64,000 bases of DNA, taken from the IMG/VR virus record IMGVR_UViG_3300047312_000104. One strand, written 5' to 3'. Under the pieces are notes generated by a model. That model was not told the origin of the DNA. It did no database searches and saw nothing but the letters and a program-made list of their open reading frames with translations. Positions 57,957-64,000 of the stretch are shown in pieces. The position numbers and the translations under genes were made by a program. This DNA comes from an uncultured virus (IMG/VR IMGVR_UViG_3300047312_000104). Its lineage: Duplodnaviria; Heunggongvirae; Uroviricota; Caudoviricetes. The first letter of the stretch is position 1. Each line of letters opens with the position of its first letter.

Positions 57957-58673
57957 ATGTCGGTAAAGATGTCCATCGGGGTGTGCGGGCGGGCCAGACA
58001 TGGGAAAGATACCTCGGCGCTACTCATGAAGCGCATCTTCGAGGACCGTAAGATCCCCTGCCAGGTCATCAGCTTTGCCGACCCCCTGAAGGACTTCCTG
58101 ACCGCCATGGTGGGTAGGGCAGAGCCGTTCCGGGGTACCAACGAACAGAGGTCAGCCCCCATCCCCGAGCTCCTATGGGCTGACCTTGCCCCCAGATTCC
58201 TCCGTGGAGCCCTAAAGTCCTGGGGACCTGGGTGGTGTCGCCCTATCGTTTATCTTCTGCCTGAGAGGTTCCTGGTGGGCCTGGTGGGGGAGCATCTAGG
58301 GTACCACCCCAACGGACGGCAGATGATGCAGCTCTTCGGGACCGAGACCATCCGGGAGAACCTTTGTGAGTCGACCTGGCTCAAGATAGCAGACAACCGG
58401 GCCCGTGGGTTCAACGGGGTGACGATCGTGGCCGACGTCCGATTCCCCAATGAGGCCCGCCCCAAGTGGGCCGGGGGAATGTTCGATCTAGTCATAAAGG
58501 TAGTCAGGGCAGGCCAGCCGGTCATCAACCACCCCTCGGAGTGGAGCGTCGACCTGGTCCCCCCTGGGTACTTCCGTGCCGTGATAGAGAACAACGGGAC
58601 CGAGGACGACTTATTTTTGAAATTGTTAGAGATCATTGACGATGAGTTTAAGATTTATAACCACAATCATTGA
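57957..58673 (+). CDS. Deoxynucleoside monophosphate kinase
   Basis: GRARHGKDT P-loop, SFADPLK, RQMMQLFGTE..R, DVRFPNE, HPSE. Confidence 0.85.
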   Translation: MSVKMSIGVCGRARHGKDTSALLMKRIFEDRKIPCQVISFADPLKDFLTAMVGRAEPFRGTNEQRSAPIPELLWADLAPRFLRGALKSWGPGWCRPIVYLLPERFLVGLVGEHLGYHPNGRQMMQLFGTETIRENLCESTWLKIADNRARGFNGVTIVADVRFPNEARPKWAGGMFDLVIKVVRAGQPVINHPSEWSVDLVPPGYFRAVIENNGTEDDLFLKLLEIIDDEFKIYNHNH

Positions 58674-58903
58674 AAGCACTTATGAAACAATTTATGGCCT
58701 TCACAGACCCAGAGACCAGTAAGGGGATCCTAATAGACATCCAGCACATCATAGCGATCAAACCAGCGAAGGTTGTGTCGGGGCCCCTCCAGACTACGAT
58801 CGAGATGGAGTATGGGGACATGGTCGTCTTGGAGCACCCAGATGTAGTGTTTGGGCGCTTTAAGGACATGGCCGCCCATGGGGTCACGATCTTTCTAAAG
58901 TAG
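58670..58903 (+). CDS. Small hypothetical protein
   Basis: ~74-77 aa ORF following dNMP kinase. Confidence 0.45.
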   Translation: MKALMKQFMAFTDPETSKGILIDIQHIIAIKPAKVVSGPLQTTIEMEYGDMVVLEHPDVVFGRFKDMAAHGVTIFLK

Positions 58904-58926
58904 CAGTCAAGGACAGGAGGCAGCGC

Positions 58927-59334
58927 TTGAAGCCGATTTTTCAACCGAACGATGTAGATTGCTTCCGCGCCTGTTTCGCAACACTGTTGGAAATACCCAT
59001 TGGGCTCGTCCCGAGGACCCCTAAGCGGGCCGGGCTCCGTGGGCAGCTTAAGTTTTACCAAAAATGGCTAAAACGTATGGACCTGACATACGTCGAAATC
59101 CCGCTGCTACCGGGTGGCAGAACTCCGTGGACTACTCTGGATACCCCAACGCATGGGATCCTGACCATCCAGGAGCGATTAAGTAAAAATAACCACGCGG
59201 TTGTTGCTTACGTGATAGATGATTCGATCCATATCGCGTTTGATCCCAGCACCACTGGGGTCGTGTACGAATCAGATAGGTTCGTCTCAATCGGGTTTGT
59301 GGTCAAGGCAGCTAAGGCGCCGCCCCCAGCTTAG
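58927..59334 (+). CDS. Putative papain-like (C39-type) cysteine peptidase-fold protein
   Basis: Q....DCFRAC, HAVV, FDPS (Cys-His-Asp order). Confidence 0.5.
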   Translation: MKPIFQPNDVDCFRACFATLLEIPIGLVPRTPKRAGLRGQLKFYQKWLKRMDLTYVEIPLLPGGRTPWTTLDTPTHGILTIQERLSKNNHAVVAYVIDDSIHIAFDPSTTGVVYESDRFVSIGFVVKAAKAPPPA

Positions 59335-59585
59335 TAGCCGGCTATCATGACGAGGTCCAGTCTCGTCCCCGGTAAGGCTCCGGCTTCCCACAGGGTCTTT
59401 CGTCGATCCAAGGTAAGCCCCACATCGGCAGTGACCAGACAGGGGACCCCATGGTTGTGCCCGAAGGTAAACGCCGCCTCTTTGGCGGCGTCACCCACGA
59501 GCGTCATTGAGTTCCACACGAACCGCCGCGGGTGCGGGGTAACCCACGACCACACGTAGCATGATAGGTCGAATCCCTGCCCCAC
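59331..59585 (-). CDS. Ubiquitin-like-fold small protein (tentative)
   Basis: 84 aa; 'LDRRKTLWEAGALPGTRLDLV' resembles a beta-grasp C-terminus. Confidence 0.35.
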   Translation of the reverse strand: MGQGFDLSCYVWSWVTPHPRRFVWNSMTLVGDAAKEAAFTFGHNHGVPCLVTADVGLTLDRRKTLWEAGALPGTRLDLVMIAGY

Positions 59586-59588
59586 TTG

Positions 59589-60104
59589 TTACTTCCGCGG
59601 GCGCAACTTATTGATGGCCCGCTGGGCCTTCTGTCGTTCGTAAGGCTCAAGCTTATCGATGAACAGTATCGAGTTGAGGTGATCCAACTCGTGCTGCGCG
59701 ACCGTAGCGAACAACCCCACCGAATCCCATATCTGGTGGTTACCCATTTCGTCTTGGTACTTCAGGGTAAACCGTGCGTGTCTCTTGACCTGACCGTGGA
59801 CACCGGGGAGTGACAGGCACGACTCCCGATACACTGAAACACCCGAGGGGTCCGCGATCTCGGGATTGCACACCACAGTAGGGGTCCCTTCGGCGTAGTC
59901 CCGGTGGGGAACCAGAACGAAGAACCGCTCGGGGATCCCACACTGGGGGGCCGCGATAGCGAGCCCATTAGCCTGGCGGCATGTCCGGCGCATCAGGTCG
60001 ATGATACCGAGGAACCCAACGGTCCCGAAGTCTTGCTCGGGGACCGGAACAGTGGGGGCCCGGAGTTCCTGGGACGGGTATCGGTAGATCGGGAGAGGCT
60101 TCAT
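59589..60104 (-). CDS. def: Peptide deformylase
   Basis: GLAIAAPQCG, ESCLSLPG, QHELDHL motifs. Confidence 0.93.
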   Translation of the reverse strand: MKPLPIYRYPSQELRAPTVPVPEQDFGTVGFLGIIDLMRRTCRQANGLAIAAPQCGIPERFFVLVPHRDYAEGTPTVVCNPEIADPSGVSVYRESCLSLPGVHGQVKRHARFTLKYQDEMGNHQIWDSVGLFATVAQHELDHLNSILFIDKLEPYERQKAQRAINKLRPRK

Positions 60105-60289
60105 TCGTCGGTCTCCGGCAGTGTGGTTCCGGTGGCCCCGTAGAGCCCCATGAATACCAACCCCAATTCCTTGCAGCGTTCCTTGGCTTCCGCTTCGTCC
60201 ACCCCTTCAACTATTTCGATGAAGTGGGAAGTCTTACGGGTCATGGGGTCGTGGATCGGCATGGCCGCCGACCAGAGCAGCTTCTCCAT
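60101..60289 (-). CDS. Small hypothetical protein
   Basis: 62 aa, coupled to neighbours. Confidence 0.45.
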   Translation of the reverse strand: MEKLLWSAAMPIHDPMTRKTSHFIEIVEGVDEAEAKERCKELGLVFMGLYGATGTTLPETDE

Positions 60290-60504
60290 TAGATCTCTCC
60301 AGAGAGTTGCGACACGGTCAGGCCGGTGAGCTTGGCCATGCGGCGCATCAGCCGCAGAGACGGGGTGGGGCGTTGTCCGGATTCGATGAGGGAAAGGTAC
60401 GCGGGGGATATCTCAAGCTTGGTGGCCATCTCGAACTGGCGCAACTTCAGCTGCTTCTCTCGGGCGTCCTTCCAGATGTCGCCCAGCTTACGGCGCTTTG
60501 CCAT
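60289..60504 (-). CDS. XRE-family HTH regulator
   Basis: MATKLEISPAYLSLIESGQR.TPS. Confidence 0.88.
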   Translation of the reverse strand: MAKRRKLGDIWKDAREKQLKLRQFEMATKLEISPAYLSLIESGQRPTPSLRLMRRMAKLTGLTVSQLSGEI

Positions 60505-61102
60505 TTTGAACCTTCCGCAATACCTCGATCGAGTTCTTGATACAAGCTAGCTTGTCCGACAGCGAAACGATCTGGCGCATAAGACTAGACGGTTTGCCCA
60601 GATCAGCAGCCACCGCCACCGAGATGGCCAAGAGGGATCCTAGGATCGGTTCCAGCAGATCAGCCATGTCCTTCAAGACGCTCAACTGATCAATCCCGAT
60701 CCCACCGGCCGGCTGGGCGACCGTCCAGGTTCCGTCATTAACGTTCGTGGTAGTGAGGACAGATTCGATCTTGTCGCGCGTCTCCCCCACGACTTGCATG
60801 AAGTTCACGTCAGTCTTAGCTGGCGTCACCGGTGTCGGGGCCAACGGGGCAACCTCAATGGGGCGTTCAGTCGCGATGTCGTACCCGGGACGAATCTGGA
60901 GGGTCGAGTAAGCCTTCTCGCGCGGCGGTTCCTGGATGAGCGAACCGTCCTGTCGTTTACCGACTGAACTAGGGAGTCCCCACCGGAAAGCCTTCTCCAT
61001 GTAGATAGGCTTATGGGTGTACACGGCAGTCATGCCGTGGAAGTCACAGGCGAGCCAGATGTACTCAGGGGGAATGTTCTTCCAGAAGGGATCTTCGGTC
61101 AT
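60488..61102 (-). CDS. Hypothetical protein
   Basis: 204 aa ORF. Confidence 0.5.
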   Translation of the reverse strand: MTEDPFWKNIPPEYIWLACDFHGMTAVYTHKPIYMEKAFRWGLPSSVGKRQDGSLIQEPPREKAYSTLQIRPGYDIATERPIEVAPLAPTPVTPAKTDVNFMQVVGETRDKIESVLTTTNVNDGTWTVAQPAGGIGIDQLSVLKDMADLLEPILGSLLAISVAVAADLGKPSSLMRQIVSLSDKLACIKNSIEVLRKVQNGKAP

Positions 61103-61108
61103 CGGGGC

Positions 61109-61303
61109 CTATTCGGAGTTGCGGGTGTAGTGGAAGATGATGGTGGCGACTGAGGCCGCGAGGAGGCAGCCATACACGGGATAGCCGTATCTGGCCATGA
61201 CGATCGACAAGATGACCACGATGGCCCAGAAGAACACGATGGCGCACAGACTATGCCCGACCCTGGCACAGAGGGCCTTGATGCACAATAGGAGGAAGTT
61301 CAC
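61109..61303 (-). CDS. Small membrane protein
   Basis: Two hydrophobic helices. Confidence 0.5.
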   Translation of the reverse strand: MNFLLLCIKALCARVGHSLCAIVFFWAIVVILSIVMARYGYPVYGCLLAASVATIIFHYTRNSE

Positions 61304-61662
61304 GCGGGGGTCTCCTCGGAAGATCCGCTCGTTACCGATTCCATGACGACTATCCGGATCAGGTCGTTGGAGTCTAGCTGTAAAGTAAACTTGCCGTCAA
61401 AGATATCGGTCAACTGCTGGTCCGAGATGTCGAGAGTTTCACTAGAAGGGAACTGGTAGGAGGTTTCGAACCTGAAGAACACTTGGGGGTCGTGAGGGTA
61501 AGCCCCGGCCTGGATGTCCTTGGACGTCATCCCGAAAGGACAACAGGTCAGGGTCCCACGGTACTTCCGATCTCCTACGACCAGGTCAGCCTCGGGGACA
61601 CTATGGAGAGGCTTCTGGACCGCAAAATCCCCATACCCGTTACACGATAGGAGGTGTGGCAT
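61300..61662 (-). CDS. Hypothetical protein
   Basis: 120 aa ORF. Confidence 0.45.
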   Translation of the reverse strand: MPHLLSCNGYGDFAVQKPLHSVPEADLVVGDRKYRGTLTCCPFGMTSKDIQAGAYPHDPQVFFRFETSYQFPSSETLDISDQQLTDIFDGKFTLQLDSNDLIRIVVMESVTSGSSEETPA

Positions 61663-62104
61663 CGGGGGTCTCCTTTACGGCCAGATCGGCAATGAGGAGT
61701 TCCTTGGGGAACACGACCGTCATCTCGGGCTGGGCCTCCAGGACCTTCTCGGACGATTCCCCGACCGCCTCGACCTCGCGGTCCTGGAGATCCTGGTCGT
61801 ATGAGTTGACCCGTTCCTTCTTCCCAAACGATTCAGGGTCGTACGGGGCTCTCTGGCTGGAGAGCTTGGCTCGCGACTCGTCCGTCAAAGGGTTACCTTG
61901 ATCGTCCAAGGGGACCCCCGGGGAGACCAGGCGGTCTCGGTCCGCCACGTACATACCACGGAGCAATATATTGTGCCGGTAGGCGTCTATGCCCCTTAGG
62001 AGCTTCGACTGTTGGATCATCCGGATGTGCTGGATTGGGTCAAACCCGAGAGGATCCTTAGACATCCCGGGGGTCTTTGTGGTTGGCGGCGTAGCGGATG
62101 ACAT
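61640..62104 (-). CDS. Hypothetical protein
   Basis: 154 aa ORF (start may be MSKD at 62065). Confidence 0.45.
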   Translation of the reverse strand: MSSATPPTTKTPGMSKDPLGFDPIQHIRMIQQSKLLRGIDAYRHNILLRGMYVADRDRLVSPGVPLDDQGNPLTDESRAKLSSQRAPYDPESFGKKERVNSYDQDLQDREVEAVGESSEKVLEAQPEMTVVFPKELLIADLAVKETPDATPPIV

Positions 62105-62666
62105 CTTTCTCTGATGTCAGGATATGTGATACATCGACTTGACCGTTTGGAGCCTGGGCCGGAGTCGTGATGGACTCGTCGTTACGTACCATGGTTATAT
62201 CACCATTCGCCCCAACCCGAAGCTTCTGGACCGGTATCGTGACGCCTACGCTCGCGTTAATCGAGTCGGCCAACGGGACAGGATACATGATGCAAGGCGA
62301 CACGTTACGGTCGTGCAGGTTAACGGTGTCGCCCGGGTAACCGATGATCTCGGTAGGGATTCGACGGGCTTTGGACTTGGATCCAGAATCGTTGAAGTGA
62401 CTCGGGGTTCCGCCGGTTTCTAGGGCCTTGGCCCGCATAACCTTGTGGTAGTCATAGCCTGGACGCCAGGCCGAGAAGGCCTCTTGGAACTCTCTCTTGG
62501 CATCGAAAGCTTTCTGAGCGTCGTCGACCGCCGTTTTAGCTTTAGCCGCGGCCTTCTCGTCTGCCGCCTGTTTTAAGTAAATGACGATAATCGGCCAGCC
62601 GAGGATCGCGGCCGAGAAGACTATGGTGGGGACGACGACCCACATGAACCAAGAGAGGGTAAACAT
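62058..62666 (-). CDS. Membrane-anchored hypothetical protein
   Basis: N-terminal transmembrane helix. Confidence 0.5.
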   Translation of the reverse strand: MFTLSWFMWVVVPTIVFSAAILGWPIIVIYLKQAADEKAAAKAKTAVDDAQKAFDAKREFQEAFSAWRPGYDYHKVMRAKALETGGTPSHFNDSGSKSKARRIPTEIIGYPGDTVNLHDRNVSPCIMYPVPLADSINASVGVTIPVQKLRVGANGDITMVRNDESITTPAQAPNGQVDVSHILTSEKDVIRYAANHKDPRDV

Positions 62667-62667
62667 A

Positions 62668-62919
62668 TTAGGCCTTCACTGTGAGGAGTTCTTTGAAGAT
62701 ACGCTTGAGCCGGCCAGGCCCATCATACGGGCCATGGTACGAAACTGTCCAGGAGGCAACGTCGTCACGACCAGCAACGGTTGACCGGTACTGGGACCCA
62801 AGGGGAGTCGGGTGAGCGCGAAACAGGGCGCCGCAGATGTGGCGTGTAAGCCACCAGAGGACCTGACCGAGCAGGAGCCCTAGACCCAAGTTAAGGATAA
62901 AGGTTAGGTGGAAGTCCAA
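62668..62919 (-). CDS. Small membrane-anchored protein
   Basis: N-terminal hydrophobic helix; TTG start. Confidence 0.4.
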   Translation of the reverse strand: MDFHLTFILNLGLGLLLGQVLWWLTRHICGALFRAHPTPLGSQYRSTVAGRDDVASWTVSYHGPYDGPGRLKRIFKELLTVKA

Positions 62920-62970
62920 GGGGTCCCCTTATGGGCTACAGGATAAGGGGATTAACTGTGAGTCAAGAGA

Positions 62971-63045
62971 TGGTTCACGAGCAGGGATTCAAACCCCGGT
63001 TCATCGCTTCAAAGGCGACAGTCTTATCAATTAGACGACTCGTGA
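62971..63045 (-). tRNA. tRNA-Gln(TTG)
   Basis: GTCGC-CTTTGAA-GCGAT; U1-A72; CCA. Confidence 0.9.
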
Positions 63046-63049
63046 GTGA

Positions 63050-63126
63050 TGGTTGCCCCAGGAGGTCTCGAACCTCCATCACCGGCTTCAGAGACCGGGG
63101 TTATTACCTGGTTAAACTACAGGGCA
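63050..63126 (-). tRNA. tRNA-Gln(CTG)
   Basis: CCGGT-CTCTGAA-GCCGG; U1-A72; CCA. Confidence 0.9.
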
Positions 63127-63131
63127 TCGAA

Positions 63132-63208
63132 TGGTGGGGGCGGTGGGATTTGCACCCACAGGGAAGATGCGTTTAAGGCATCCACGTCTGCTGTTCCGTC
63201 ACACCCCT
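63132..63208 (-). tRNA. tRNA-Leu(TAA), short variable loop
   Basis: GATGC-CTTAAAC-GCATC; A73; CCA. Confidence 0.85.
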
Positions 63209-63211
63209 AGA

Positions 63212-63287
63212 TGGTCCCCCTCCCCGGATTTGAACCGGGATCAGACTGTTTTTGAAACAGCCGCCTCTGCCGTTGGGCTAGAAGGGG
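63212..63287 (-). tRNA. tRNA-Leu(CAA), short variable loop
   Basis: GCTGT-TTCAAAA-ACAGT; A73; CCA. Confidence 0.88.
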
Positions 63288-63288
63288 A

Positions 63289-63364
63289 TGGTACCGATCC
63301 TGGGGGTTGCACCCAGACTTTGTAGTCTCTCAAACTACTGCCTCTGCTATTGGGCTAGACCGGT
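63289..63364 (-). tRNA. tRNA-Leu(GAG), short variable loop
   Basis: GTAGT-TTGAGAG-ACTAC; A73; CCA. Confidence 0.88.
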
Positions 63365-63367
63365 AAG

Positions 63368-63443
63368 TGGTACCGAGAGAGGGATTTGCACCCACACTGA
63401 ACTGGTTCTAAGCCAGCTGCCTCTGCTGTTGGGCTATCTCGGC
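63368..63443 (-). tRNA. tRNA-Leu(TAG), short variable loop
   Basis: GCTGG-CTTAGAA-CCAGT; A73; CCA. Confidence 0.88.
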
Positions 63444-63473
63444 GTGATTACTGTATTGATGTCAAAGATCTAT

Positions 63474-63508
63474 AAAACACAAAAACCCGACCTTTCGGCC
63501 GGGTTTTT
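63474..63508 (-). terminator. Intrinsic terminator (attenuator) in front of Leu x4/Gln x2 tRNAs
   Basis: AAAAACCCGGCC-GAAA-GGTCGGGTTTTT then GTGTTTT. Confidence 0.85.
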
Positions 63509-63549
63509 GGGTTCACCTTTACGGTGTTTTCGGTCTAGGCGACCATCCC

Positions 63550-63615
63550 TTAACCACGGCCATGAGGCTGAGGTAACTGTTGGAGCAACAGGAGGAGGGA
63601 CAGGGTGGTACGCAT
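63550..63615 (-). CDS. Leu/Gln-rich leader peptide MRTTLSLLLLLQQLPQPHGRG
   Basis: 21-codon ORF with 7 Leu (CTG, CTC, TTG, TTA) and 3 Gln (CAA, CAG) codons upstream of the terminator. Confidence 0.8.
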   Translation of the reverse strand: MRTTLSLLLLLQQLPQPHGRG

Positions 63616-63625
63616 GACGACTCTA

Positions 63626-63653
63626 AGGATAAACCATAGGGGATCTGATGCAA
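63626..63653 (-). promoter_or_regulatory. Candidate sigma70-like promoter for the Leu/Gln leader
   Basis: TTGCAT-N16-TATCCT ending 10 nt before the leader ATG. Confidence 0.4.
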
Positions 63654-63679
63654 GCCCCTATGTGGTAGATATCTCAAGA

Positions 63680-63758
63680 TGGTCCAAGTGGGAGGGCTGT
63701 TCACCTCCTAGCTCCGCGTTAAAAGCACGGCCCCTCGCCTCATTCGGGTTTCACTTGG
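63680..63758 (-). tRNA. tRNA-Lys(TTT), atypical T-loop
   Basis: Acceptor CCAAGTG/CACTTGG, CCGTG-CTTTTAA-CGCGG, T-stem GGAGG/CCTCC with 8-nt loop, CCA. Confidence 0.75.
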
Positions 63759-64000
63759 TTAAGTTTTTTCTTACGTCTTAGATCTCGTTGATATGCATTA
63801 TTAGCCTCGCGGCATACGTCGCAGCGGCAATAGTGTCGGTAACTGGATTTGGTGCCGTGTAGTCCTTTCGTAGGCGACTGCCCGAGATCAACGATGGTTT
63901 TAGCAGTATGACAAGTTTGACAGAGAATTTGACACTTAATGAGCTCAGCCTCAAACCTGGCCTTGGAAACGCTCCACTTATTGCCCAATCCAAAAAGTTT
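63740..64000 (-). CDS. HNH endonuclease, C-terminal part (start outside window)
   Basis: KCQILCQTCHTAKT followed by HG...Y..YCRCDVC Zn motif. Confidence 0.7.
   Translation of the reverse strand, partial: KLFGLGNKWSVSKARFEAELIKCQILCQTCHTAKTIVDLGQSPTKGLHGTKSSYRHYCRCDVCREANNAYQRDLRRKKKLNQVKPE

Noticed and set aside
23120..62966. Phage-specific promoter consensus of type TTGAC-N13-15-TAGAC/TATCCT (near 23150, 56100, 62960; TTGAGT-N15-AATAAT near 56890)
   Set aside because: Spacing is inconsistent and instances are too few to support by eye; needs motif discovery on all intergenic regions
63132..63443. tRNAs with TAA/TAG read as stop-codon suppressors or evidence of recoding
   Set aside because: These are anticodons (reading TTA and CTA/CTG Leu codons); long ORFs are intact in code 11 and TAA, TAG and TGA all appear as stops
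63131..63617. Track ORFs overlapping tRNA clusters (also 56164..56686)
   Set aside because: They are translations of tRNA genes or their antisense strands

Overview
This window is a ~60% GC segment of a large tailed dsDNA phage with a contractile tail, using the standard genetic code and almost entirely encoded on the minus strand. Read from high to low coordinates it holds: (i) a tRNA/accessory region (~54-64 kb) with 11 CCA-encoding tRNA genes, an HNH nuclease, peptide deformylase, dNMP kinase, an XRE regulator and an HTH-metallophosphoesterase; (ii) DHFR, tail-fibre genes, a sulfotransferase + APS kinase pair, a Nudix/HAD multidomain protein and a SAM methyltransferase (~41-53 kb); (iii) a head module (portal, prohead protease, scaffold-like proteins, capsid) interrupted by a bacterial-type multisubunit RNA polymerase (beta fused to the N-half of beta', plus a separate beta' C-half) and many K-x-A-motif proteins; (iv) holin, neck, sheath, tube, spike, chaperones and a tape-measure-like gene that runs off the window. 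The top finding is that two tRNA clusters are each preceded by a tiny leader ORF and an intrinsic terminator, and the leader codons match the downstream tRNAs: Leu/Gln leader MRTTLSLLLLLQQLPQPHGRG before 4 Leu + 2 Gln tRNAs, and Ser/Phe/Tyr leader MIAQSSFSFSYSSSSAYAGGRE before 2 Ser + Tyr + Phe tRNAs. This looks like ribosome-mediated attenuation that would switch on phage tRNAs when the cognate host tRNAs are limiting. Several tRNAs have non-canonical folds (8/4 Ser/Tyr; Leu without a long variable arm). All calls are by-eye motif and structure reading; no database search was run.
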